IMG/VR virus record: IMGVR_UViG_3300012983_000044
Coordinates: 1-64,000 of that record
Length of the DNA: 64,000 bases
Direction: 5' to 3' (one strand)
Origin: a virus
Taxonomy: Duplodnaviria; Caudoviricetes
The notes under the pieces were generated by a model that was given only the letters and a program-made list of their open reading frames with translations, had not been told where the DNA came from and did no database searches. The translations under genes and the position numbers were made by a program. Each line of letters starts with the position of its first letter. Positions within the stretch are counted from its first letter, which is position 1. Of the stretch, positions 46,735-57,058 are shown piece by piece.

Positions 46735-47295
46735 ATGAGTTTATTGGGGAGCCGGATCGCAGGAGGCAACACGGCCTACAATCGCGTGAAGTCAGATTTT
46801 TACCCTACCCCCCCCGAAGCGACACAAGCACTTCTGAATTTCCTTAGACTGCCGATTGGCACAAAGGTGTGGGAACCTGCGTATGGCAGCGGATGTATGG
46901 CGGAGGTTATGAGAAAGAATGGGCTGACTGTAATCGGAACCGATATTGAAACCGGAACCGATTATCTGACGGCAAGCCTTCCTGAAAGTGACGTGTCGTG
47001 GATCATAACCAACCCTCCGTTTTCTATTGCGGATGGATTCATTGAGCGCAGTTATGAGCATTGCCTGCCATTTGCATTGCTCTTAAAGACACAGTTCTGG
47101 CACGCACGAAAGAGGTACGATATGTTCGCAAAGAATCGTCCTGCCTATATTCTGCCGCTTACATGGCGTCCGGACTTTATGTTCAAGCAACGTGGGAAAG
47201 GCTCTCCGCTTATGGATGTTACGTGGACTGTGTGGATTCCCGGAAACCACAAGAGTGCCTACATACCACTTAAAAAGCCAGTGACAAGCCCGTAG
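46735..47295 (+). CDS. Putative amino (N6-adenine/N4-cytosine) methyltransferase with in-frame C8 tract
   Basis: DFYPTP, VWEPAYGSG (motif I), IITNPPF (motif IV); C8 at 46808-46815. Confidence 0.8.
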   Translation: MSLLGSRIAGGNTAYNRVKSDFYPTPPEATQALLNFLRLPIGTKVWEPAYGSGCMAEVMRKNGLTVIGTDIETGTDYLTASLPESDVSWIITNPPFSIADGFIERSYEHCLPFALLLKTQFWHARKRYDMFAKNRPAYILPLTWRPDFMFKQRGKGSPLMDVTWTVWIPGNHKSAYIPLKKPVTSP

Positions 47296-47311
47296 AAGGA
47301 AGTGAACCAAC

Positions 47312-48715
47312 GTGTCCTCAGATTTTGTCCAGGAGCAGATCAAAAAGTCAGGCGATGACAAGTTCCGCAATAAGGATGCGGAAAGCGCCGTCATAGGCTA
47401 TATTCTAACCGGCAAAGCGGACGCTGAGGACATCGTTGGGAGCCTGAGTCCGGAGGATTTTGGATATGTCGTTTCAGCACAGATATACAAGGCAATTCAA
47501 CATGTTGCTTCGCAGGGGCAACATGTTGACCTGGTGACTGTTGGTCAGGCGCTACAGGAGCTATATCCGGCTGAGACGGAAAAGAAGCTGTCAGAGGCCA
47601 TAACGCGGTGCTTTAGTGATAATCTGAGATACCGGCACAGAAACCCCGCTGAATGGATTCAGATTATTAAAAAGCTCGCTGTACGGCGTCGGGCTATCAC
47701 CAGCATAGATAAGCTGGTGGGTAACCTTCGGGACCCGACGAAGGACATCAACGAGGCGCTTGCTGAAATCGAAGCAACGGCTTCGGGCGTTGAAAGCTCA
47801 GAGGTTAAATGGACGAGTGTGGCAGATGTGGCGATGCGCACGTTTGAATACCTGGAGCAGAGACAGCAGGGAAAAATACCGGCCATCACAAGCGGCATTA
47901 GCGGAATTGACAGGATGATCGGGGGCTTTTTCGGTGGCGAGCTGACGATCATTGCCGCAAGACCGGCAGTCGGGAAGAGCGCTTTTGGCTTGAATATCGC
48001 AATGAGCGCCACTGACAAGGGCTTCAAGGTCTGCTTTGTGTCCTGCGAGATGAATGACACGGGCTATGGGCAAAGGATGCTCTCACGCGAGGCATGGGTG
48101 AACGGAGAAACGCTGCGCAAGGCGGAGATCGACGCGGATGAATGGGACAGGTTGGTGACGGCTCTGAGCATTATCGGTGCTATGCCGATTGAGTTCATGT
48201 TCGCCAAGGACAATCCAAACGGCATGACGCTGGAAAACGTCACGCGGTCCATTCGCCAAAAAGCCCGGCGCGGCGAGGTCGATATGCTGATCGTGGACTA
48301 CATCGGCATACTGCAAACAGAGCGACGGTTCCGGGAGGACCGAGATCGCGTGAAGTTCATCACATCGGAGCTTAAAAAGCTGTCTCAGGTGGCGAATATC
48401 CCTGTCATCGCCCTGTGTCAGGTCAACCGTGACGCCCACGGCCAGATGCCAACGATGGCCCAGCTCCGTGACAGTGGCTCTGTGGAGCAGGATTCGGATG
48501 GAATTATGTTCCTGCATCGGCCCGAAAGCAACCGCGATCCAACCATCCACCCAAACGACGTTGCCGGGTTTGAGCAGATGAACAGTGGAACAGCATACAT
48601 CTCGTTGAATGTCGCCAAACAGCGCAATGGCAAAACGGGCATGATAAATCTGATATTTGACCCAGGCGTGATGAGATACGCAGAGATTGCGAGAATGGAG
48701 GAACAGAAGGCGTGA
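47312..48715 (+). CDS. dnaB: Replicative DnaB-like helicase
   Basis: AARPAVGKS, VDYIG, LCQVNR, LRDSGSVEQDSD, VAKQRNG. Confidence 0.95.
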   Translation: MSSDFVQEQIKKSGDDKFRNKDAESAVIGYILTGKADAEDIVGSLSPEDFGYVVSAQIYKAIQHVASQGQHVDLVTVGQALQELYPAETEKKLSEAITRCFSDNLRYRHRNPAEWIQIIKKLAVRRRAITSIDKLVGNLRDPTKDINEALAEIEATASGVESSEVKWTSVADVAMRTFEYLEQRQQGKIPAITSGISGIDRMIGGFFGGELTIIAARPAVGKSAFGLNIAMSATDKGFKVCFVSCEMNDTGYGQRMLSREAWVNGETLRKAEIDADEWDRLVTALSIIGAMPIEFMFAKDNPNGMTLENVTRSIRQKARRGEVDMLIVDYIGILQTERRFREDRDRVKFITSELKKLSQVANIPVIALCQVNRDAHGQMPTMAQLRDSGSVEQDSDGIMFLHRPESNRDPTIHPNDVAGFEQMNSGTAYISLNVAKQRNGKTGMINLIFDPGVMRYAEIARMEEQKA

Positions 48716-49411
48716 CGTATGAGGAGTTTTTGCAGGGAAAGATTGACATTGCGGAAGAGACGGGGATTGTCGTTGAATCGGAAGCTGTCAATCCAGCGCT
48801 GAAACCGCATCAGAGAGACGCAGTTTTGTGGGCTTTAAGGGGGGGGAAGAAGGGCGCTGTTTGAAAGCTTTGGGCTTGGCAAAACCGTTCAACAGCTGGA
48901 ATGGTCGAGACTGATTCACGAGCGTACAGGCGTCAGGGTTCTGATCGTGTGTCCGCTTGGTGTCAAGCAGGAATTTCAGTTGGATGCGATTCGACTGCTG
49001 AAATGGCTGGCAGCACCGCCGTATGTGCGGACGGATGCGGAGGCGGCGGCGACGGACGCGCCGATTGTGCTGACCAACTACGAGCGCGTGCGGGACGGGG
49101 ACATCGACCCGAAGCGGTTCGGCGCGGTGTCGCTGGATGAGGCGAGCTGTCTGAGAAGCTATGGCAGTAAGACCTATGCTCTTGTATTACTGAAATCTCA
49201 GGAGCAGGAGTTGCGTTACCGCACACCCCAAAAGGTAGAACACGAAGCCACGCTCAAAAGGTGTTGCACCTGTCCGTCGTGCGGAAACGTGCTGGATCAG
49301 TTTGAACAGTTTGGAGTGGGAAAAGTCAGGATCATGAACGATTATTGCCACTTCTGCGGCCAGGCGTTGGATTGGAGCGACGAGGAAAAGAGTTTAGTGA
49401 GGTTCAAATGA
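48712..49411 (+). pseudogene. Truncated SNF2-like helicase N-terminus (frameshift at G8 48839-48846) fused to a zinc-ribbon C-terminus
   Basis: LKPHQ..AV, FGLGKT (motif I), TNYE, LDEAS (motif II). After GSKTY the sequence turns into an unrelated CPSCG...YCHFCGQALDW domain; helicase C-terminal motifs are absent. Confidence 0.7.
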
Positions 49412-49731
49412 CCGAGAGGGAGCGGCAGGAGTCAGCCAAGAAGGTCATTGACGTTTTGAACCGTTATCCAAACTACCTGTTTGGTGACAGGCCAAGTGTC
49501 AGCACTTCTGAGATCATTGAGCTGCTGCAAATCTATATTCCCCGCAAACTGGAGGGCGACGGCACTGGCTGGGCGATGTGTCCGAACTGCGGAACCTACG
49601 TCGAGGATTATCACCCGGCATATAGCAACAGACTGGACGGCACTCATCGAAAGCACTGTAACAACTGCGGTCAGGCACTTATATGGGAAGTTGAGATGTG
49701 GAATGAACGCACAAACGAAAGAAATGATTGA
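49408..49731 (+). CDS. Small zinc-ribbon protein
   Basis: CPNCG...HCNNCGQALIW. Confidence 0.65.
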   Translation: MTERERQESAKKVIDVLNRYPNYLFGDRPSVSTSEIIELLQIYIPRKLEGDGTGWAMCPNCGTYVEDYHPAYSNRLDGTHRKHCNNCGQALIWEVEMWNERTNERND

Positions 49732-50059
49732 TCTGCCGTCAGAATGGGACATTTCTACCAAGATCAGTTTCCTTCAAAGGCGCGTGATTGTGTACTCCAT
49801 CCAATACTACGAGTTCAACGCGACGGTTATCAGCGACGCACAGTATGACGCCATCGCCCGGCAACTGGAAAGCCTGATGAGGTCGGCAACGCCCGAGGAA
49901 CTTGAAAGAAGCACCTATTGGTATTGCATGTACAATTTCACTGCTGCGACGGGGTTTGACATCTATTCAAGGCTTGACCCAAAAGATAAAGAATATCTGG
50001 AGCATATTGCTGACATTGTTCTGGATGATTACAGACACATGATGGGATTGAAAGGGTGA
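49703..50059 (+). CDS. Stand-alone protein resembling NAD+-dependent ligase domain Ia
   Basis: YYEFNATVISDAQYDAIARQL resembles the LigA Y..D...I.DA.YD...R.L pattern. Confidence 0.6.
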   Translation: MNAQTKEMIDLPSEWDISTKISFLQRRVIVYSIQYYEFNATVISDAQYDAIARQLESLMRSATPEELERSTYWYCMYNFTAATGFDIYSRLDPKDKEYLEHIADIVLDDYRHMMGLKG

Positions 50060-50065
50060 TGAACA

Positions 50066-50536
50066 TTGATCTACATAGGGGTCGATCCCGGAAAGAAAGG
50101 CGGTTTCTGCCTGCTTGAACAGGGTGCAAGCGGTCAACGGACTGTCGAGGTCTATCCGTGGGACGACGACGAATTTGTACACAAGATGCGGATGCTCGCA
50201 GAGGATGATGACATCCGTAAGGCCGGGATCGTTGCGGCAGTGGAGAGGGTTGGAGCCATGCATGGCCAGGGTGTAACGAGCATGTTTTCTTTCGGACGTT
50301 CCCTGGGGTTCATTGAGGGTGTGCTTTCCGGGTGCTGGATCAGCTATCAGCTTGTACCTCCGAACGTCTGGAAGAAGTCGTTCTCGCTGATTGGCAAGGA
50401 CAAACAGGCGTCTATTGAGACCTGCAAGAGGCTGTTTCCAGGGATAAACCTGCTGCCCAGTGACAGGTGCAGGAAAGAATCGGATGGTGAAGCCGAAAGT
50501 GTCCTTTTGGCGGAGTACGCGAGGAGAAACCTATGA
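50066..50536 (+). CDS. RuvC-like Holliday junction resolvase
   Basis: YIGVDPGKKGG, VERV, GVTSMFSFG, W.K, DG.AE..LLA. Confidence 0.85.
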   Translation: MIYIGVDPGKKGGFCLLEQGASGQRTVEVYPWDDDEFVHKMRMLAEDDDIRKAGIVAAVERVGAMHGQGVTSMFSFGRSLGFIEGVLSGCWISYQLVPPNVWKKSFSLIGKDKQASIETCKRLFPGINLLPSDRCRKESDGEAESVLLAEYARRNL

Positions 50537-51704
50537 ACGACCAAATGAAAATAACTTCTGATGGACGAATCAAGGGTGAACATGAGTGGAAGGTTGAGGC
50601 CGCAATAAAGCGGCTGCAATCCTTTGAACCGAAAAACGGGGAGGGCTACTACCTTGCGTTTTCAGGTGGCAAGGACAGCCAGTGCGTATACCATCTGTGT
50701 AAGATGGCCGGGGTGAAGTTTGACGCACACTATGCCATTACAAGCGTTGATCCGCCAGAGCTGATCTATTTCATCCGCGAACATTACCCGGATGTCGAAT
50801 TTACCCGCCAGCACTATGACGACGGGAAACCCGAACACTACTATCCGGACGGACGCCCGAAACCTATTACCATGTGGAGTTTGATCGCGGATCACACACT
50901 GCCCCCGACACGCAAGGTACGTTACTGCTGTGCCTCGCTAAAGGAGCCGGGGGGGGATCGCGCGTAGTGGTCACGGGCGTTCGATGGGCCGAGAGCAATA
51001 ACCGGAAGCAGACCCATGGTGTGGCGAACATCCAGGGCAAGCCGAAGCATACGCAGCGGATTGCGGATGAATATGGGGCTGAGTACAAACTGAATAAGCA
51101 CGGCGAAGTCATCATGAATGACGATAACGATGCGAACAGACGGATGCTGGAGCATTGCTATCGTACACAGAAAACGATGGTAAACCCAATCGTGGATTGG
51201 GCTGACGAGGATGTATGGGATTTTCTGAACGAAAACAACATACCGCATTGCTGTCTGTATGACGAGGGTTATACGAGGCTGGGCTGCATTGGCTGTCCGC
51301 TGGCCGGGACAAAGCAAATGCTCCGAGACTTTGAACGCTATCCGAAGTACAAAGAAGCCTATATCCGGGCATTTCAGAGGATGATCGACAACCATCCCGG
51401 GCAGATCAAAATATTGGACCCGAACAGCGATACCAAGTTCAAGCTGGATGTGCCTGACGAAATCGGGGGGGTGGGGGATTCACAGGTGTTACTTCCGAAC
51501 CGCCAAAGCGGCATATCAATGGTATCTCAGCGGAAGCTACGAGATACGGAGCTGAAACCGTGTTCAGGTTCTTCACCACAAACTGTAACAGATAATTCTG
51601 CGGGGGGGTGCGGATTCTTGCAGAAGCGATGTTCAGACGATGGATCAGGTTCTCGATGTGCTGAATACGTGTTCACGCATTGGGTGGAAATGGGCGCTAT
51701 TTGA
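50533..51704 (+). CDS. PAPS-reductase-family protein, frameshifted at G8 (50949-50956)
   Basis: AFSGGKDS, CC..LKE then (-1 frame) TGVRWAES, NPIVDW, RLGCIGCP; G9 restores 390 aa. Confidence 0.85.
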
Positions 51705-51721
51705 AAACGCGAGGACTTATC

Positions 51722-51949
51722 ATGAACGACAAATCTCCCTGCTACGGCGATGGCGATGGATGTCCGGATCGCACTGCAACCTGTCACGCAAGCTGTGAGC
51801 GCTATGCTGCATGGTCAGCCGAACAGAGATCAAAACCCAAAGCACATCCCCAGGGCGAGATCGACGCGGATGTGGTGCTGAAAACAAGGAAAAAACGGCT
51901 GATACGCTACAGCCATGAGAAATACGACGAGAAACGGAGGAAGAGATGA
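51722..51949 (+). CDS. Small Cys-containing basic protein
   Basis: SPC...GC.DR...CH..CERY..W pattern. Confidence 0.6.
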   Translation: MNDKSPCYGDGDGCPDRTATCHASCERYAAWSAEQRSKPKAHPQGEIDADVVLKTRKKRLIRYSHEKYDEKRRKR

Positions 51950-52113
51950 TGGAAATGCTTCAAAGGATGGGACAGATGTTCATTGTCGGTGTGAACGGCG
52001 CGTGTGCAGTGGTGGGATTCGTGCTTGGCTGCGCGGCGATGCTTGCGGTGATCGGATTCATTGCCAACATCTTCAGGAGGCTGATGAACCGTGGCGAAAT
52101 TGACGAGGATTGA
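51949..52113 (+). CDS. Small membrane protein
   Basis: GGAGG RBS; long hydrophobic stretch. Confidence 0.5.
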   Translation: MEMLQRMGQMFIVGVNGACAVVGFVLGCAAMLAVIGFIANIFRRLMNRGEIDED

Positions 52114-52457
52114 AGCGGCAGTGCTGGCGATTCTGACGCTGCTGAATATCGGCGTACAGGTTTACCGCTTTGCCCGCAAAGTGCCTGATGAACCTCCGAG
52201 GATGATTCAGGGATGCTTTGACAGCACGAACCGATATTTTGTAAAGGACTGCTACAGATGATGAGCATGGGAAAGCGATCCAGAAACTGCGTGGGAACCA
52301 CGAGGATTTTGTGGAACCGGGATTATGAAGCGTATATCTGCGAGAAGTGCGGCAAGGTGATCTAATACAACTTTGACTACAGGCATTGTCCGTACTGCGG
52401 ACGAAGGGTCATTCACACGGACGCGCGAGGGTATGAGGTGCCATCGGTGGTGATGAA

Positions 52458-53153
52458 GTGGCGGTGACGGATAACACGTCGCGGGACAAGTGGCGCAAAC
52501 GGATGCGCCAGGAGAAGCGATGTGTAAACTGCGGGAAGCAGGACGAGAGGACCCTGGCTGGAAAGACGCGCTGTCAAACGTGTGCAGAACGGGATTCTCT
52601 CAGGTGGAAAGAGCGCATGGATGCAGCGCCACAAAAGAGAGTCGTCAAAAACATCGCACAACAGGAATGGCGCAAGATGCTGCGCGAAAGTCATTTGTGC
52701 GTCGATTGCAAAAAGCAGGATGCCTATACGCTGAATGGCCACGTAAGGTGTTTCGAGTGCTCGCAAAAAAACAGCAAACGGGCTTGCAAAGTGGCGATGG
52801 TGAACCGGGAAAAGCGCAAGCTCGACGCAAAGACAAGGCGGGATCAGCGTCGGGAAAGCGGAAAGTGTACACGCTGCGGAGGGGAAAAGCCGACATATGA
52901 TCTGCACATGGTCTGCGCAACGTGTCGCGCAAAAATGAATGCCAGACGAAAGGATAGGATGGCGGAGCAGGAGGGTTACTATCCGCGTGGGACGCCGGGG
53001 CTGTGCTACTTCTGCCTCCATCCTGTCATGGAAGGCAAAAAGGTCTGCCAGCGATGCTATGATGCGCGTCTGCCGGGGATGAAGAAGGCACGGGAGACGG
53101 CCTGGAAGAAGAACGGACAACACATCTGGAGGCGACAACAATGGGGAAAGTGA
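52458..53153 (+). CDS. Basic protein with repeated CxxC pairs
   Basis: Eight CxxC units arranged as CV.CGK...RC..C modules. Confidence 0.7.
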   Translation: MAVTDNTSRDKWRKRMRQEKRCVNCGKQDERTLAGKTRCQTCAERDSLRWKERMDAAPQKRVVKNIAQQEWRKMLRESHLCVDCKKQDAYTLNGHVRCFECSQKNSKRACKVAMVNREKRKLDAKTRRDQRRESGKCTRCGGEKPTYDLHMVCATCRAKMNARRKDRMAEQEGYYPRGTPGLCYFCLHPVMEGKKVCQRCYDARLPGMKKARETAWKKNGQHIWRRQQWGK

Positions 53154-53824
53154 TAATACTGCCCGAAACCACTGAGCGCCCTATTACCATGATCGGTCAG
53201 ATGGCCGGGGTGTGCCGGGGTGTAGACACGTCGGACGATGAAAGAAACTACAAGCGCGGATGGGACTGCATCACATCCGGACACGGAAGGACCATGGAAT
53301 ACCCGGACGTGTACATGGTGCTGGATGGGTACAGCGCGAGGGTGATCCGAGAATGGTACACCCACATTGGAGGGATGCCGACACGATTGCAGGCGAGCAC
53401 GCGGTACATCGACTATGGCGCGTTTGAATATGTGACACCCAAAAGCATCGAGGCAGATGAAGATGCGCTGGAGCGCTATCAGGATTGCATGCAAATGATA
53501 GCGCAGGACATAAACGGGCTTATAGCTCAGGGCGTTCCCCGTGAGGATGCTGCTCTGCTGCTGCCGTTGGGCATGACAACCCGCGTCGTGGACAAGCGCA
53601 ATCTACGCAATCTGATCGACATGAGCCGCCAGAGGATGTGTTCAAAGGCATATTGGGAGTTTCGAGAGATGTTCGGAGACATCAGCGGGGCGTTGAGCCG
53701 GTACAGTGACGAGTGGGAAATGATTACTGACCACCTGTTCATGCCGAAATGCAAGGCGGTTGGGTTTTGTACTGAAAAACATGGATGCGGCATGATGCCA
53801 ACGAGGGGTGAAGCTGAAAAATGA
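53141..53824 (+). CDS. thyX: FAD-dependent thymidylate synthase
   Basis: SGHGRTMEY, QASTRY, REDAALLLP, R.C..AYWE.R. Confidence 0.9.
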   Translation: MGKVIILPETTERPITMIGQMAGVCRGVDTSDDERNYKRGWDCITSGHGRTMEYPDVYMVLDGYSARVIREWYTHIGGMPTRLQASTRYIDYGAFEYVTPKSIEADEDALERYQDCMQMIAQDINGLIAQGVPREDAALLLPLGMTTRVVDKRNLRNLIDMSRQRMCSKAYWEFREMFGDISGALSRYSDEWEMITDHLFMPKCKAVGFCTEKHGCGMMPTRGEAEK

Positions 53825-54555
53825 GAGAGGACTTGACCGGCAGAAGATTCGGGCATTGGATTGTGCTTGGCGTAGGTGAGCGCAGCCAAAGCGGTAGGTT
53901 CAGATGGAGATGCAAATGTGATTGCGGAACTGAAAAGGATGTGTTCGCACATGTGATGATTTCCGGGCAGTCTAAATCGTGCGGCTGCGGTATAGACGGT
54001 CATCCATGCTCTTTTAAGGATATTACCGGGCAACGGTTCGGAAAACTTGTGGCGATAAAACCAGTCTCCAAAAGAACGAAAGACGAGAGTGTTCATTGGG
54101 AGTGCAAATGCGATTGCGGACATATCACTGTTGTAAACGGCAATGATTTGCGCCGCGGTACAACAAAGTCATGTGGATGTTCTCACGCAGAACAGCTTGC
54201 GGCAATAGATCGAACAAAGATAAGCCACAAGAAACATGGAGCGTTTGACAGATATGGGAATGGAGAACGATTATACGGTGTCTGGAAGGGGATGAAACAG
54301 AGATGTCATAATCCAAATTTCCCAAAGTACAAATATTACGGAGGACGCGGAATAAAGGTTTGCGACGAATGGTTGCACGACTATGCGGCGTTTCGTACAT
54401 GGGCTTTGGAAAATGGATATGACGCTAAAGCAAAAAAATGGGATTGCACAATAGACAGAATAGACAACGATAAGGGGTACAGTCCAAGTAATTGCAGATG
54501 GGTTGATGTGAAAACCCAAGCAATGAATAAAAGGCCAAGGGGGACTGCTATATGA
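53821..54555 (+). CDS. Free-standing HNH-type endonuclease, paralogue of 8372-9007
   Basis: Two DLTG/DITG.RFG...CKCDCG...SCGC units; YGGRGIKVC, TIDRIDNDKGYSPSNCRW. Confidence 0.85.
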   Translation: MREDLTGRRFGHWIVLGVGERSQSGRFRWRCKCDCGTEKDVFAHVMISGQSKSCGCGIDGHPCSFKDITGQRFGKLVAIKPVSKRTKDESVHWECKCDCGHITVVNGNDLRRGTTKSCGCSHAEQLAAIDRTKISHKKHGAFDRYGNGERLYGVWKGMKQRCHNPNFPKYKYYGGRGIKVCDEWLHDYAAFRTWALENGYDAKAKKWDCTIDRIDNDKGYSPSNCRWVDVKTQAMNKRPRGTAI

Positions 54556-54824
54556 GATTAGTTCTAAGTTACTGCCCTGAAAAGCGCGGCTGTGGAAGGT
54601 GGGAGCGTCGAGATGGCGGCGAAGAAACCTAACCAAACGGAATTGCTATCCGCAATCCGCAAGAAGTGCCTGGACTGTTCAGGCGGCATGCGCAACGAGG
54701 TCAGGGATTGCAGGATAAAGGATTGTCCGCTGTATAGGTATCGGAGAAACGCTATGGAAGATGATGAGCAGGAGGCGAAATGATGGCGAGGTACGTTGAC
54801 ATATGACGTGAAGGGGGTGAGATA

Positions 54825-55151
54825 ATGGCAGAATACATAGACGTGATGCGCCAATGGCAAAGAATGTGTAAGTCGATGCAGATGAAAAATATGGGTTGCA
54901 AGGAAGGGTGTCCGTTAGGACGCAATCAGGCATGTGGTGAACTTGAATATGCTTCGCTGGATGAAATAAAGGATGCAGAAGCCGTGATACTGAAATGGGC
55001 GAAGGAAAACCCGGAGCCCGTCTATCCATCATGGCTTGAAGCAATGGGCTGGGGCGAACTCCAATGGTGTGAAGTAAAGGCCATTCTTGCAAGGCCTATG
55101 GATTCGGAAAATGCAAAGAAGCTGGGAATTGAACCGAAGGAAGCGAAATGA
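54825..55151 (+). CDS. Cys-rich hypothetical protein (paralogue of 63194-63601)
   Basis: W..E.PE.VYP.W and P....A.KLG motifs shared. Confidence 0.65.
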   Translation: MAEYIDVMRQWQRMCKSMQMKNMGCKEGCPLGRNQACGELEYASLDEIKDAEAVILKWAKENPEPVYPSWLEAMGWGELQWCEVKAILARPMDSENAKKLGIEPKEAK

Positions 55152-55360
55152 TGGCAAATACGAATGAAAGCTGCAAAAACTGCAAGCGTCGATACCGTCT
55201 CCGCAAGAACGACTATTCCCAGGGTGGATGCGAGCACAGCGACATGGAGGGGTATGTTTGCATGTGCTTATCCAGAGAAGGTATAGCAGAGTGGATGGTC
55301 GGGCTGAATGATGAGGATGAAATCTGTGAGTGTTATTCACCAAAGGAGGACAAACTGTGA
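55148..55360 (+). CDS. Small Cys-rich protein
   Basis: ORF with six Cys, coupled start/stop. Confidence 0.6.
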   Translation: MMANTNESCKNCKRRYRLRKNDYSQGGCEHSDMEGYVCMCLSREGIAEWMVGLNDEDEICECYSPKEDKL

Positions 55361-55767
55361 GGGTAAAACTTGACCCAGGCGCTTTTGAATTGACACGCGC
55401 CCACGATACCGATGCTGGTTTGGATATTCGGGCCATTTCCGATGGGATTGTGCGTGCTCACCAGTCGGCCACGTTTCATACCGGGATTCATGTGGAACTA
55501 CCTCATGAGATCATGGGCGATATTCGCCCGAAATCCGGCCTGATGTTTCACCATGATTTGCTGACGTTTGGCACAGTGGATCAGGGCTTCTCGGGCGAGG
55601 TTATGGTGCATTTGTTCAACCTTGGCAGCGAGGATTATTGCGTGCATCGCGGCGACAAGATTGCACAACTGGTGACGACGAAGGTCGTCTATGAACCTGT
55701 CGAGATCGTTGATGAAATCAGCGGTGGTGACAGGGGAACGAGCGGTTTTGGCAGCAGCGGGAGATGA
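55357..55767 (+). CDS. dut: dUTPase (trimeric)
   Basis: AGLDI, RPKSG, GTVDQGFSGE, IAQLV, RGTSGFGSSG. Confidence 0.93.
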   Translation: MRVKLDPGAFELTRAHDTDAGLDIRAISDGIVRAHQSATFHTGIHVELPHEIMGDIRPKSGLMFHHDLLTFGTVDQGFSGEVMVHLFNLGSEDYCVHRGDKIAQLVTTKVVYEPVEIVDEISGGDRGTSGFGSSGR

Positions 55768-55983
55768 AATACGATGAGTTTGATTGACAAGCTGAGCTGC
55801 ATGGTCGGCAATCACAAGTATTCTGCGATGACAACAGCGGTGACAGCCGTTGATGGAGATATTTGCAGGGTAGAATGCACTTGCGTCCATTGTGGAAAAT
55901 ACAACTGCTTCCTGACGACCTTCACGGCCTTGGAGAAAACCGCCGAAAAGTGCCATGAGCAGATGGAACGATGGTAATGGACT

Positions 55984-56334
55984 ATGTACGCTGATCCTGA
56001 ACAGGGCAAAGCCTGGGCACGCAATCAATACCGGCAGCGTCGAGATGACGGCATATGCGTGAAGTGTGGAAAGAGATTTGCCGATGCTGGGCGCTGTATG
56101 TGTCGGATGTGTGGAAAGGCGGCAAAGGCAATCAAGGCAAAGAACGATCCTGATGGCGCAAGGCACCTGGCATGGTTCAAAAATCGAATCAGTGAACGGA
56201 AGGAATTGGGGCTTTGCGTCGATTGCGGGAAAAGAATTGCGGAAACTCAGTTCATCCGATGCAAGTCATGTCGCAGGCGCAGGGCTGAGTATCAGCAGGT
56301 CAGGAGAATACGCGAGAGGATTCACGGAGCGTAA
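55984..56334 (+). CDS. Basic CxxC-repeat protein (related to 52458-53153)
   Basis: CVKCGK...C.MC and CVDCGK...RCKSC modules. Confidence 0.65.
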   Translation: MYADPEQGKAWARNQYRQRRDDGICVKCGKRFADAGRCMCRMCGKAAKAIKAKNDPDGARHLAWFKNRISERKELGLCVDCGKRIAETQFIRCKSCRRRRAEYQQVRRIRERIHGA

Positions 56335-56978
56335 AGGTGGTGATACAAATGCGGAAGTCAACCGTGTCTTATATACGCCGGTTTAAGTGTAGCGTGTGCG
56401 GGGCCGATGCCACGGCCCCGAAGCTATCCAGAACCGGCAATGGACACGTCAAGACGATGTACTGCCCTGTATGCAGGAGAGAGCGGGACTTCGTACAGGT
56501 TGGCATAGACAAAATGAGGTAGGTGAGACGATGGGGTGGAATGAGGACGCCAACCGGCGCAGGGTATTGAGGCGGTTTTTGCAACTCTGGAATATGGTTC
56601 CGGACAATACGTTTGCGGAGGTTGTCGCTGATGTATTTGGGCTGCAAGCCGACGATATGAAATGCAGGACCGACGAGGCGGTGTTCAGTAGGATCAATGA
56701 TCTGATCTACGGCAAGGCGGATATGATCTACAAGACGAAACTGCACAGAAACGCGCCGACGCAGGCCGACAATATTTCAGCGTGGCAGGATTATACATCC
56801 GATGACTACGTTAGGGCACGTTCGTTTCTCGACGAAATCAAGGTCCACACAGATGTGCTCACGCGCCAGGAGTACGCAACGATCAAGGGAATGGCCCTGC
56901 AAGGGGATATTATGGCTGCCAGAGAAGGGCTGACGGCGATCCTTGAAAGAAAGCAGAAAAGGGTTGGGTGAAGGGACT

Positions 56979-57053
56979 ATGAATACGAAGCCGATGTTTT
57001 CAAGTGCTACCGATGAATATGAAACGCCGCAGAAGTTTTTCGATACTCTGTAA
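56979..57053 (+). pseudogene. 5' remnant of a phage N6-adenine methyltransferase gene
   Basis: MNTKPMFSSATDEYETPQKFFDTL* matches the FSS.TD.W.TP..FF..L start of phage Dam-type enzymes; the rest is missing. Confidence 0.6.
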
Positions 57054-57058
57054 AGGGG

